This document shows positions 9,319 through 19,109 of a DNA stretch of 64,000 nt, piece after piece. Location: assembly GCA_045863335.1 (NCBI GenBank), contig BTVY01000008.1, forward strand, positions 1 to 64,000, written 5' to 3'. How positions within the stretch are numbered: the first letter of the stretch is position 1; every line of letters starts with the position of its first letter. Source of the stretch: Candidatus Hydrogenedentota bacterium (GTDB taxonomy: Bacteria > Hydrogenedentota > Hydrogenedentia > Hydrogenedentales > SLHB01). The position numbers were made by a program, and so were the translations under genes. Under the pieces are notes generated by a model. That model had not been told where the DNA came from. It saw only the letters and a list, made by a program, of their open reading frames with translations, and ran no database searches.

Positions 9319-9594
9319 CTATTGCGTAGACGGGTTCTGCCCCATCATGTCGTCCGCCCGTTCCGCGAGGACTTCGCCGGCCTCTTTGGCCTGGTGATCG
9401 GGCACCTGAAGGAGAATATCGCCTCCTTGCATGGGCAATGGAGGCCTCGCTTCCAGGCTCAGGCGGGTTTCTGTCATGTTGCTGCTGGCATCGACCACAC
9501 GCGCATCGATGCCTGAGCCGGTAAGGACTTTCTGCACGACGAACGCGTGATCGGACGTATCGTATCGTATGCGCGTGATGAATTGGGATTCCAT
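9319..9594 (-). CDS. Small DUF2007-like (putative signal transducing) protein
   Basis: AFVVQKVLTGSGI...GGDILLQVP..AKEAGEVL pattern; GAGG RBS. Confidence 0.55.
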   Translation of the reverse strand: MESQFITRIRYDTSDHAFVVQKVLTGSGIDARVVDASSNMTETRLSLEARPPLPMQGGDILLQVPDHQAKEAGEVLAERADDMMGQNPSTQ

Positions 9595-9991
9595 GGCGTA
9601 CACCTCATGCAGATGCAGCACGATCTTCCTGATACCGTCCCGCGGAACCCGTGGGGAACACGGCCAGGGACCCGCACGGAACGGTCAATCACTGTGGCCG
9701 TTCCTGTCCAAATCGTCTCGTTGTTATCCTCTGTTCTTTGGTTTGCGTGGGTTCATGGCCTTGCCTTACCGAGTGAAAAGTAAAGAGTATGCCAGCCCTG
9801 TTGTGCACACGTGGATAACGAGGGTGTAACCGGGCGCCGATTCTTGGTGCAGCGTGCGCTACTCTACAGAAACGAAACGATGTGTAGATGAGTTTTTTTG
9901 CGACAAAAGGTTGCAACACTCCCAGGATTCGGGTAGCGTTGTCGAAGGTGCTTGCATAGTCTGGACGATCAATGAAGGGAGTGCGTGGAGA

Positions 9992-10489
9992 ATGTCAACG
10001 GTCGTGCTTTTGATGCGGTGGGCTCACATCCTGGCGGCGGTGACGGCGGTGGGGGGAGTGCTATTCATACGATTCGTCCTGATGCCCTCGGCGAGCGCTG
10101 TGCTCGACGACGAGACCCACCAGAAACTGCGTGCCGCGATTATGAAGCGGTGGCAACACATTGTGCACACCTGTATTCTGTTATTCCTGGTTAGCGGACT
10201 CTACAACTACCTCGCCGTTACCCGTTTTCTTCACGATAACCAGCCCGCGTACCATATGATCTTCGGGATCAAGTTTCTGCTGGCCATCGTGATATTCGCG
10301 CTCGCCCTGGGATTGACGTCCACCAAGGGGTGGGCCAAGGTCTTCCGGGAAAAGTCCAAGATGTGGACTACACTGCTCGCAGTGCTGGCAATTACGGTCG
10401 TCGCGTTGTCGGGCGTGTTGCGCAACTTGCCCACGAATTCCGCGCGCGTGCCCTTGCAGACGGAGGATGTATCCGCGCAGGACGAATAG
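9992..10489 (+). CDS. Four-TM membrane protein (CopD/DUF4149-like)
   Basis: RWAHILAA..AVGG, SGLYN, YHMIFGIK; GGAG RBS. Confidence 0.7.
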   Translation: MSTVVLLMRWAHILAAVTAVGGVLFIRFVLMPSASAVLDDETHQKLRAAIMKRWQHIVHTCILLFLVSGLYNYLAVTRFLHDNQPAYHMIFGIKFLLAIVIFALALGLTSTKGWAKVFREKSKMWTTLLAVLAITVVALSGVLRNLPTNSARVPLQTEDVSAQDE

Positions 10490-10558
10490 GCCGCACGCAT
10501 TCCAGGAATGGGGGCAGCCGAACAGCGGCCCCTTATGGCCGGAAAGTGAATAGCGCCT

Positions 10559-11041
10559 CTAGTCTTTCCACTCTTCTTCAACGATGTCGTCGGCATCCTC
10601 CAGCGAATCGTCCACGTCGCCGTCATCGCCATCGAAATCATCGCCGTCTTCTTCGTCCAGCTCCTCGCTGGAATCGACGGTTACAACGTCGTCGGTGCTT
10701 TCAGCATCGCCTGAAACCACGACCGTCTCTTCATCTTCATCCTCAACTTCATCGACGTCATCTTCTACATCCGAATCGCCGTCGATCTCTTCAATATCCG
10801 GTACCAGCAACTCGTCGTCGTCCATCGTTGAAACCGCGGCGACCGAACGTTTCACGGGGCGCTTCAGTGTTGGCTTCTTGGCGGGCTTTGCGTCTTCTTG
10901 CATGCCAACGCGAACAAGTTCGATTTCCTCTGGCCGATCGGCAGGGCACCACTCATCTCCAGGGCACTTGAAACCGTACTTCTCGGCGCCCCACTCGGCA
11001 AACCGCCTGCCACATTTCGGACAACTGTATTTCACCGGCAT
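10559..11041 (-). CDS. Zinc-ribbon protein with very acidic C-terminal tail (FYDLN-acid-like)
   Basis: CPKC...CPGDEWC followed by a D/E-rich tail; AGGA RBS. Confidence 0.7.
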   Translation of the reverse strand: MPVKYSCPKCGRRFAEWGAEKYGFKCPGDEWCPADRPEEIELVRVGMQEDAKPAKKPTLKRPVKRSVAAVSTMDDDELLVPDIEEIDGDSDVEDDVDEVEDEDEETVVVSGDAESTDDVVTVDSSEELDEEDGDDFDGDDGDVDDSLEDADDIVEEEWKD

Positions 11042-11250
11042 CTTCGCCAATTCCTTTCCTGAAACCACTCCAAAAAACCACTACCCCTCCCGATGAAGGC
11101 GCCGGATTATAGCAGATGATTCCAGGGAAGTGAAGCCTTCGGAACAAGTCGCTTCGTGGTGCGTAACGTGCATCCGTAGATGCACTTAGGAAATGCGCAC
11201 AGTGTTGGGCTGGTGGGAGGCCTCAGCGACGGGGGTATGTCCCGAACAAC

Positions 11251-11280
11251 AAAAGCGCGGGCCGGAAACTCCGGCCCGCG
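11251..11280 (-). terminator. Rho-independent terminator of the ECF operon
   Basis: Hairpin CGCGGGCCGGA-AAC-TCCGGCCCGCG followed by CTTTT on the minus strand. Confidence 0.7.
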
Positions 11281-11304
11281 GGGTACGTTTTTGGGGAAGT
11301 GAGC

Positions 11305-11718
11305 TTAACTTTGCTTCTGGGGTTGCCGCAGCCGGACGAGTGCCCAGCCGGTGGCGGTCGCCAAACCCGCGAGCAGGGTGGTGGCGCTCAAGGCGATTAC
11401 GATTTCTCCCCAGTACTGGAACGCAAACACGACGAGATAATCGAAATACCCCATGGCGCCCGGGACTGCCTGTACGCCCCACCCCTGGTAAAACGCCAAC
11501 GCCGGAACCCCGACGATGGCCGCTCCCAGGATGGCAAAAACCGCCGCGGTTGCCATCATGCGGAAGCGGAATCCCTGTCGCTCGTTCTGCACCAGGGCCG
11601 TCACATGAAGCCGGTTCGACATCCGCAGGTGAAATCCCTGCGGCACGTTCCGCATGGGCTCGCTCCGGAGCGCTTCCTCAATCATACGGTCCATATCGTC
11701 CATCTCATTGAGGTCCAT
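11305..11718 (-). CDS. Putative membrane anti-sigma factor
   Basis: Overlaps the ECF gene; EPMRNVPQGFHLRMSNRL followed by TM helices. Confidence 0.7.
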   Translation of the reverse strand: MDLNEMDDMDRMIEEALRSEPMRNVPQGFHLRMSNRLHVTALVQNERQGFRFRMMATAAVFAILGAAIVGVPALAFYQGWGVQAVPGAMGYFDYLVVFAFQYWGEIVIALSATTLLAGLATATGWALVRLRQPQKQS

Positions 11719-12304
11719 TCGACTTGATCTCCTTCTCCACGATCTTCCGCAGTTGGTGACGCGCGCGGTGCATCCACGTCTTCAAGGTTCCCATCGGTAT
11801 ATTCAGACTCTCGGCGATTTCTTCGTAGGAAATCTCGTCGAGATAGTACATCGTGACGATTGTCGCATAGCGATCCGGTAACTTCGTAACGCAACGCCGT
11901 ATCAGTTCCGGCGTATCCGTCGTTTCCTCGGGTTCCGTGACGGCATCGCCGGTGTGGTCCGTCGTCAGCGGAACTTCGCCGCGCCGCTTGCGCCGGCTCA
12001 ATTCGGTAAGGCATACGCTCGACGTAACGCGATACAACCACGTCGAGAAACTACAATCCCCACGAAATCCGCTCAACAGGCGATAGGCCTTCAGGAAAGC
12101 CTCCTGGGCCATGTCTTCTGCCAGGGCCGTATCACGCATGAAGCGGTAGGCCAAGTTGTAGACGACACGTTCATGACGCCGCGCCAATTCGGAAAACGCC
12201 TCGATGTCGCCTGCTTTTGTCCGGTTGACGAGGGCCAGATCCGAGTCATCGACCATCTTGACCTTTCCCGTGTTTGGCCAAACAGCCACGTTCGGCGCCG
12301 TCAT
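11705..12304 (-). CDS. ECF sigma factor (SigW/RpoE-like)
   Basis: AEDMAQEAFLKAY, FSTWLYRV, SYEEIAESLNIPMGTLKTWMHRAR. Confidence 0.95.
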   Translation of the reverse strand: MTAPNVAVWPNTGKVKMVDDSDLALVNRTKAGDIEAFSELARRHERVVYNLAYRFMRDTALAEDMAQEAFLKAYRLLSGFRGDCSFSTWLYRVTSSVCLTELSRRKRRGEVPLTTDHTGDAVTEPEETTDTPELIRRCVTKLPDRYATIVTMYYLDEISYEEIAESLNIPMGTLKTWMHRARHQLRKIVEKEIKSNGPQ

Positions 12305-13224
12305 GAGCTACTCCTCGCAATCGAGATGTCCCCGTTGAGGGTTTCCATCGTGATCCTGGCGCGATTCTCACCGTTCCCGACCGTCCCATCAAAGGCTTTC
12401 CGCTGGAGGGTTCCAGAAACGGCGCCCTCTGGCAATTCGGTTCGCACGCTGCCCCGTTCCGTCCTGGCCTGGATCACCGCCGTGCAATCCAGCTCCATTT
12501 CCAGCGATACCCCGCCATTCTGGCTCGAAAGGGCGGCGCCATTCACAGAGGAACCCAAGACGCGCGCGATAATATTGCCGTTCGCCGTCATCGCCTCGAG
12601 ATGCCCGCCGGCCACGTCAGCATAAACATTGCCGTTGACCGTCTTGAGCTGGCCGCCGTCAGGCGCTTCCTGAACCGTGATACGGCCGTTCACGCTCTCG
12701 GCGACCACTGCGCCTTTTGGACCCCGGACATCGATATCGGTGTTTCGGCCTTTTACCGCCACCCGCCCGCAACCGGGTTCCACCCAAACGTTGCCATTGT
12801 TACTCTCAATCTCCACGTTCGTGCCGGCAGGCACCTGCACGTCGTAGACGACGAACAACTCGAAACCGTCGGGACGATTCGACGGTTCGGTCAAGATTCG
12901 AACCTGAGATTCCGAACTCATGATATCCACAAGACTCGCTACGTATTGCCTCAATTCGTCTTGAGACCCGTCCCCGCGGAGAAAAGCCCGGATTTCCGCG
13001 CTGCCTCGAATGGTGGGGGCAGAGTGGGTGGAAACACGCACGAGCCCGTCGGAATTCACCAGCCGGAAACTCTCCGACGCAGGATGACTAAACTGTTTTA
13101 TTTCATGCACATCGGGCCGCCCAACCATAGGTGGCAGCGAAGGCGCGACGATACGCACCATGAACCATACGACCAGAACGGTGATGGCCAGTGCGGTGAT
13201 GATGCTTCGGATGTGCGGCTTCAT
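12301..13224 (-). CDS. DUF4097 family beta-strand repeat (adhesin-like) membrane-anchored protein
   Basis: N-terminal TM; repeated (S/T)xNGxI/V units; first gene of the ECF operon. Confidence 0.85.
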   Translation of the reverse strand: MKPHIRSIITALAITVLVVWFMVRIVAPSLPPMVGRPDVHEIKQFSHPASESFRLVNSDGLVRVSTHSAPTIRGSAEIRAFLRGDGSQDELRQYVASLVDIMSSESQVRILTEPSNRPDGFELFVVYDVQVPAGTNVEIESNNGNVWVEPGCGRVAVKGRNTDIDVRGPKGAVVAESVNGRITVQEAPDGGQLKTVNGNVYADVAGGHLEAMTANGNIIARVLGSSVNGAALSSQNGGVSLEMELDCTAVIQARTERGSVRTELPEGAVSGTLQRKAFDGTVGNGENRARITMETLNGDISIARSSS

Positions 13225-13232
13225 AGTGCAGT

Positions 13233-13262
13233 TTAGACCATCCCCCGGGGTCCTGGGTTTCA
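13233..13262 (-). promoter_or_regulatory. Candidate ECF-dependent promoter of the DUF4097-ECF-antisigma operon
   Basis: TGAAAC-N17-GGTCTAA ending 8 nt before the ATG. Confidence 0.65.
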
Positions 13263-13310
13263 GATAAGTCCAGAGCAGGATTCAGGATATCCGGCAGGCA
13301 CAGGGAGAAA

Positions 13311-13340
13311 TGAAACCCGTCCGAGAAGATGGAGGTCAAA
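13311..13340 (+). promoter_or_regulatory. Candidate ECF-dependent promoter (divergent copy)
   Basis: TGAAAC-N17-GGTCAAA, same architecture as the minus-strand copy. Confidence 0.6.
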
Positions 13341-13578
13341 ATATACGAAAGGCGGGCACGGAATTGGTGCCGCCGGATGGTACAATTCAGATAGAGATGA
13401 TGCCCGGCACGAGGCGGGCGACGGACATAACAGTTTAAGCACAAAGGCCTTAACCGGCGGGACGTACCTCAATCAGGGCCAGATCCAGCGTAAAGTAAAA
13501 GAAAAACCTCCTTTTCTTGTACTCTCTGGAGGACGTCCCGCCGGATCCCTCTTACCAACAAGGGCCCATCCAGCGGAA

Positions 13579-13995
13579 ATGGAATCCTTCCTGATCGTAA
13601 TACCATTAGTTCTCGTGCTTGTTACACTGTTGTACAGTGTGCTCTACGCGATCCTCCGCGCGTGGCTCGACTACCGGGTCCGCATCGCACTCCTCGATAA
13701 ACTTGACGAGAATCCCCGTCTCCTGGAAGACGGAAATGTGCTCGGTCAGGTCGTGCCAGGCACGCCTTCGCAAGACACGTCTCCCCGGCAGAACTATGTG
13801 CTTACCGGGCTTTTGATCGTTGCGATCGGGGTAGGGTGCATCGTCTTCGGCCGCCTGTTACGGGTAGGCGATCTTGCCGTTGGTACCTATTTAGGCGGAT
13901 TCCTGTGCGTACCGATCGGGGCCGTCATCGCCGCACTGGGCGGTATCGTCAAGGTTCTGTCCCGCGATCCCACCGCAGTTTTGCCGCCTAAGTAA
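13579..13995 (+). CDS. Membrane protein, DUF6249-like
   Basis: TM helix, RIALLDKL, then two TM helices; adjacent to an ECF operon. Confidence 0.6.
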   Translation: MESFLIVIPLVLVLVTLLYSVLYAILRAWLDYRVRIALLDKLDENPRLLEDGNVLGQVVPGTPSQDTSPRQNYVLTGLLIVAIGVGCIVFGRLLRVGDLAVGTYLGGFLCVPIGAVIAALGGIVKVLSRDPTAVLPPK

Positions 13996-14074
13996 TTCCC
14001 GTCATTGACAATCCCGGGCACGGGCCGTAGACTCCCTTCCGTAAAGAACGCACCCCGCTGGGGATAGGTCGGAG

Positions 14075-16708
14075 ATGGACAGGGCGCACGCGAAGCTTCA
14101 GATTGCGGAACTCGGGGGGCTTCCGTCCAGCCCGCGAATTCTCCGGCGTATCTTGGAGCGCCACGATTCCGGCACCCAATTGACCGAGCTGATTTCCTGC
14201 GACCCCGTGTTGGCCAGCGAAATCCTGTCGGCAGCCTTCGCCCACAGATCCCTTCCGGCCCTCTCCATCGAGTCTGCTGCCTCCGCTTTGGGCCACGATA
14301 CGGTGCGACGAATTGCAACTGCATGCCTGAACGCCGCGCCCCCGGAATACGTTTACGAATCTTCGCTTGAGTCCATGCGCCGTGAATCGGTGATGACGGC
14401 CGCCGCCGCCGAGTGCGTCTCGAAACGCATCCATGGCGCGAACCCCGGCGAATTCTATCTGCTCGGACTCGTCCACAACATTGGGAAGTGGGTTCTCCAC
14501 GCGATCGATGATAACCAGTTTGCGGTTTGCCGGGGCGATGGCGGCGATAGCCCCGGCGCACTCGAGAAAGAATCATGTACGTTTGGTTTCCATCACGGCG
14601 AAGCGGGTAAGTGGTACGCCGAGTCCCGGCGGTTTCCACAGGCACTCATCGACGCGATCTGGCTCCACCACGTGGACCCTTCGGCGCTCTCCCCGTCTTG
14701 TTTTCCAGCGCGGTCGATCGCGGTCCTCGCGCTCGCGGCCGCCGTGGCGCGCGCGGCCAACACTGCCGAAAACGAAGCGGGAGCGAAGGCAACTGCTTCC
14801 CGGCTGCTTTCGTACCTGGGTCTGGACTCCGCCGGGTTCCCGGAACTTGTGGGTGAATGCGCCGCCGCCGTTGCCGAGCGCGACCGGATGCTGGAGTCCG
14901 AAGTTCAGGTGGAATCCGGGTCAATTCAAGTAGCAGACCAGGACCTGAACAAGGTCGGGACCGCCACCGAAATTGCGATCTTGGAACGTCGCGTCTCGCG
15001 CCTCGAAGTGCTCCAAGATGCGATCCTGATCAACCGAACCGGAATGCCCTTCCCGTCCGTGATTCGCGACTGCGCCACAACCATTCGCGACGGCTTAGGG
15101 GTTGCGCCAGGCATGTGCTTTGCCCCGGACACCGGGGAACGGGAGATTGTCGGCGCATCGTGGAAATCGTTGAACGATCAGGTCACTGGATTCCGTGCGA
15201 GTCTCCAAGACTCGGAAAGCGGCGGCCCTGCCGAACCGGCGCCCGTGCTGCGCGCCATTCGAGAACTTGGCGTCGGCAAGATCGAAGGCGCCTGGCAGTC
15301 TGGAACCGGCGAACCGCGCCGTCAACGAGGCGGCCTGCTCGTCATGCCGCTATGGCATGACGGCTGCAGTCTTGGCCAGATCGTCGTGGATACGAGCACT
15401 ACGGAGTTTGGATCGACCGATCGCGATATTGCCGATCTCTCCATGTACGCGCGCGCGCTTGGCGCCATGCTCGCGTCCTATCATTCCCACGAGTTGACCT
15501 CAACGCGCTGTGAAGCACTTTCGCGAGGACTTGCCGCGATCGAATCTGGCGACGACGCCGGTGAAGACCCGTCTGCGCCGGACGAAGCCGCACATCGAAA
15601 TCACCTCGGCCGTTTCGCCGCGGGCATCGCCCGGTCACTTGACGGCCCCCTCGGCCTGATCTCCAGTCAAGCGCAACGAACACTCGCCAAAGCTAAGGAC
15701 ATCGAGACGCACCGCGTGCTGGATACCATCGTGCGAGAGACACGCCGTCTCAACCGGTTTCGTTCCGACCTCGCCGCACTGGCGCCTCAATCCAAGCCGA
15801 AGTTGGAACCGGCCTTGATAAACTTCCGCCTCCAGCAGTACGTCGCGACCATGCGATCCCGCCTGGAACGCCGCGGGATTCGCGTCGAGGAACGATTCGC
15901 GGAGAACCTGCACCGGGTCATGTTGGATCCTCGGCGAATGGATCACGTGTTTCAGAACCTTCTTTCCCTCGCCGAAGAGGCCATGGACGAGACGGGAGGA
16001 CACCTGACCATCCAAACGGCTCCGTCGCCGGACCGGCAAGCCGTCCTCGTGCAGTTCACGCACGACGGCCGCGGCATTTCGGCAAGTCCTGCGGGCGATG
16101 TCTTCGAACCGTTTAACGAACAGACGGCGCCAGACATCGGCGTGGCGCTTGCCGTGTGCAGGACGATCGTTGCGGAACACGGCGGACGCATCACACTGGA
16201 TCGGGGGCCCAAGGGTGGAGACTCGTTTACGATCGCGTTGCCGGCCGTAATGGCGGACCAAAGCACTGCTGGCCACGATACGGCGTTGCCGGAATCGCCG
16301 GCCTTGCAAACGGTCCTCATCGTGGATGACGATGAGGCGGTACGCACGATCTTGACTCAAGCGCTCCACATGCGAGGATTTAAGGTCCTAACCGCTGTCG
16401 ATGGCGTCGAGGCATTGAAAGCGGTCGAGGACCACTCGTTGGACCTCATCATCCTCGATCTGTTGATGCCCAACCGCGACGGACTGACCGTGCTTCGCGA
16501 TCTACGCGAGATGCCCAGTGCCCCTCCCATCATTTTCATGACGGGGAATGCATCACCGCAGGTCCAGGAGGAGGCCCTCGCGCTGGGAGCGGATCGATTC
16601 CTGCTCAAACCATTCGAACTGCGACAGCTTCTCGATGTGCTGGACGCGGTCTTATCGGTGCGCCAAAACCGACTGGCGCCCTTTCGCACCACCGTGAGGC
16701 CGACGTAG
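14075..16708 (+). CDS. HDOD-GAF-like-degenerate histidine kinase-receiver hybrid protein
   Basis: LPSSP...DPVLA...GLVHNIGK...HH (HDOD); HATPase remnants; VDDD...LDLLMP...LKPF receiver. Confidence 0.85.
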   Translation: MDRAHAKLQIAELGGLPSSPRILRRILERHDSGTQLTELISCDPVLASEILSAAFAHRSLPALSIESAASALGHDTVRRIATACLNAAPPEYVYESSLESMRRESVMTAAAAECVSKRIHGANPGEFYLLGLVHNIGKWVLHAIDDNQFAVCRGDGGDSPGALEKESCTFGFHHGEAGKWYAESRRFPQALIDAIWLHHVDPSALSPSCFPARSIAVLALAAAVARAANTAENEAGAKATASRLLSYLGLDSAGFPELVGECAAAVAERDRMLESEVQVESGSIQVADQDLNKVGTATEIAILERRVSRLEVLQDAILINRTGMPFPSVIRDCATTIRDGLGVAPGMCFAPDTGEREIVGASWKSLNDQVTGFRASLQDSESGGPAEPAPVLRAIRELGVGKIEGAWQSGTGEPRRQRGGLLVMPLWHDGCSLGQIVVDTSTTEFGSTDRDIADLSMYARALGAMLASYHSHELTSTRCEALSRGLAAIESGDDAGEDPSAPDEAAHRNHLGRFAAGIARSLDGPLGLISSQAQRTLAKAKDIETHRVLDTIVRETRRLNRFRSDLAALAPQSKPKLEPALINFRLQQYVATMRSRLERRGIRVEERFAENLHRVMLDPRRMDHVFQNLLSLAEEAMDETGGHLTIQTAPSPDRQAVLVQFTHDGRGISASPAGDVFEPFNEQTAPDIGVALAVCRTIVAEHGGRITLDRGPKGGDSFTIALPAVMADQSTAGHDTALPESPALQTVLIVDDDEAVRTILTQALHMRGFKVLTAVDGVEALKAVEDHSLDLIILDLLMPNRDGLTVLRDLREMPSAPPIIFMTGNASPQVQEEALALGADRFLLKPFELRQLLDVLDAVLSVRQNRLAPFRTTVRPT

Positions 16709-16712
16709 TCTC

Positions 16713-19109
16713 GTGGCGCACCCGCTTCTTGAAGGCGCAGAACCTGCGCCGCTCACGTGGAAAGAATGCTTCATTCAGGGCGCTCTGCTTGCGGCCTTGC
16801 TCGCTGTCGCGTTCCCCACCGTATTCATCGGATCCGAGCAAATCTCCTCTGCCGATATTCTGTATTTGTTGCCACCCTGGAAATCGGTCGCGCCCGAGGG
16901 TTTCGACCGGCCGCAAAACCCCCTGGTCCTGGATCCCATCGCCGCATTCCGGCCGGACTATACCCTCGTCGAGAAACACCTGGAGGAAGGGCAGTGGCCT
17001 CTATGGAATCCGCTGGAGCGCACGGGCGTACCGCTGATGGCCAATGCGCAAAGTACCGTGTTTTATCCGCCGCATCTCATCCGCGCGCTTTTTGACGTCG
17101 ATACGACCGTTACGATCTACGTCTTCTCAAAACTGTGGTTGTGCGGCGCCGTTGCGTACCTGTGCGTTCGCATGATGGGATTGAGTCTATACGCCGCCCG
17201 TTTCTTTTCCATCACCTGGATGCTCGGCGGGTACAACTTCATCTGGGCGCCGTGGCCGTTGCCCGACGTGAGCGCGTGGGTACCCGTACTGGTGCTCGCG
17301 GTTGAATTGCTCGTGCGTGGACGGTACCAGCGCGGTGTGTTTTGCATGGCGCTCGGCGCCGCGTTGATGCTCTTGGCCGGCCACCCCGAGACGGCGTTTA
17401 CCTTCGGCATTGGCGCAGGATTGTACGCGGTCGTGCGAATGGCGACCGCGTCGCTCAAACCCCGGGAAATCGGAAAAGTCGCTACTGCGGCGCTGGCGGG
17501 ATGGGGGATCGCGCTGGGGGTCTACATGGTGCAGCTGTTGCCCCTCACCGAGTTTATCCTCAACAGTCACACGCACGCCGAACGGGTAACAACACCCGAA
17601 GTGTTGTACGATACCGAACCGACAACTGTCGTGACGTTCTGGTTGCCCAGGTTCTACGGGACCATGGCCGAGGATACGTTCTGGGACGAGGGTAAGACCG
17701 ATTCTAACCGCGCTTCCATGCACTATTTCGGCTTGGTCGCGTGGGCCGGTATCGCATTTGTGGGCGCCTTGTGCTTCACGCGAGGCTCGCCTTCTCCGAA
17801 TCGTTCGCAGGTGGGGGCATTCGCATTTGCATCGTTCCTCCTGGTCGCGATGGCGTGTCGGCCAGAGGAACTGTCGTTCGTGGCAGATTGGCCCCTGTTC
17901 AGTTCGGTCCACCCGGTTTACTACGTAACATTCGCGTTGTTTGCCGGCCCCTATTTGGCTGCCCTTGGCCTCGATCATTGGTTGCGGCAGTCGCGAAGGA
18001 TCGGGGAACTGTGGCCCGTGGCCCTACTCGCAATCGCGGTGATGGCGGTTGTTTTTGCGGTTCACTCGATGGATGGCGGCATCATCCGCATCGCGGGCCT
18101 TTTGCCGTATATTCGGAAACAGTACCTGATTGGCGCGTCGGTCGCGACCGCAGCTGTCCTCGTCCTGTTGTTCTACTGCCTCCGCCCAAACCGCGCATTC
18201 GTGTGGAGCGCACTGACGGTCCTCACGGCGGCGGACCTCCTCATCGCCGGGCACGGTATCGTTCCAACCATGCCGCAGGAGCGAATTCTCCCGGAGACCG
18301 AACTCACCCGATTCCTTGGAAATCAAAGCGTGCCCTGCCGGTCCGGCGTTTCGGAGGCCTACATCATCGACGGCGTTTTGCCCAACTACGGGATTGAGGA
18401 GTGGGGAGGCTATGACGGCCTCTATCCAGACCGCATCATGCAGTATCGCGAGAAACTCGGAACCGGGCTTTGGGACACGATGGAACCCGTCGGGGCCGTC
18501 CAATACTACGTGCACGATCCTGCGTACGAACCCGTGTTTCCGCTGGAAGACCTGTTGCGCCAGGGCCGTCTTCGTTTGGCGGCACGATGCGACGGTCTCG
18601 AAGTGTACGAAAACGTTGGCGCCATGCACCGCGCATTTCTGGCCCACGCCGTGGAGACAGTTCCGGACCGGGACCGCCTCTTCGACAGAATGAAAGACCC
18701 CACCTACGACCCCATCGCGACCGTGCTGACGGAACAGGAACTTGCCGGCCCGCTTCCGGTAGCGGCGACGACCGCCGGTTCCGGTAAAGCGACGATTACC
18801 GAGTACACGGCCAATCGTGTCCGGGTCGAATACGAATCCCCGGTTACCGCCGCGCTCGTACTGGCGGACGCGTTTTACCCCGGCTGGGAAGCTTCCGTTG
18901 ATGGCGAGCCTGTCGCACTATTTCCCGCCTGGTACGCGTTTCGCGGGGCCATAGTGCCTGAAGGCCGGCATACGGTTGTATACGAGTACAATCCGCTGAG
19001 TTTTCGGATCGGCCTGTGGATTTCCATCGCTACGATGGCGGGTACGAGCGCGTTTTGCGTGGCGTGCCTCGTACGACGTCGCAGAATCAAGAGTGCTGCG
19101 ATTTCGTAG
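16713..19109 (+). CDS. YfhO family GT-C membrane glycosyltransferase
   Basis: PLWNP...GVPLMAN, LAGHPE, LADAFYPGWEASVDG, FRGAIVPEGRHTVVYEYNP. Confidence 0.9.
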   Translation: MAHPLLEGAEPAPLTWKECFIQGALLAALLAVAFPTVFIGSEQISSADILYLLPPWKSVAPEGFDRPQNPLVLDPIAAFRPDYTLVEKHLEEGQWPLWNPLERTGVPLMANAQSTVFYPPHLIRALFDVDTTVTIYVFSKLWLCGAVAYLCVRMMGLSLYAARFFSITWMLGGYNFIWAPWPLPDVSAWVPVLVLAVELLVRGRYQRGVFCMALGAALMLLAGHPETAFTFGIGAGLYAVVRMATASLKPREIGKVATAALAGWGIALGVYMVQLLPLTEFILNSHTHAERVTTPEVLYDTEPTTVVTFWLPRFYGTMAEDTFWDEGKTDSNRASMHYFGLVAWAGIAFVGALCFTRGSPSPNRSQVGAFAFASFLLVAMACRPEELSFVADWPLFSSVHPVYYVTFALFAGPYLAALGLDHWLRQSRRIGELWPVALLAIAVMAVVFAVHSMDGGIIRIAGLLPYIRKQYLIGASVATAAVLVLLFYCLRPNRAFVWSALTVLTAADLLIAGHGIVPTMPQERILPETELTRFLGNQSVPCRSGVSEAYIIDGVLPNYGIEEWGGYDGLYPDRIMQYREKLGTGLWDTMEPVGAVQYYVHDPAYEPVFPLEDLLRQGRLRLAARCDGLEVYENVGAMHRAFLAHAVETVPDRDRLFDRMKDPTYDPIATVLTEQELAGPLPVAATTAGSGKATITEYTANRVRVEYESPVTAALVLADAFYPGWEASVDGEPVALFPAWYAFRGAIVPEGRHTVVYEYNPLSFRIGLWISIATMAGTSAFCVACLVRRRRIKSAAIS

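Noticed and set aside
10584-11096. Ser-rich 170-aa plus-strand ORF
   Set aside because: Antisense of the Asp/Glu-rich gene; the Ser runs are complements of acidic codons
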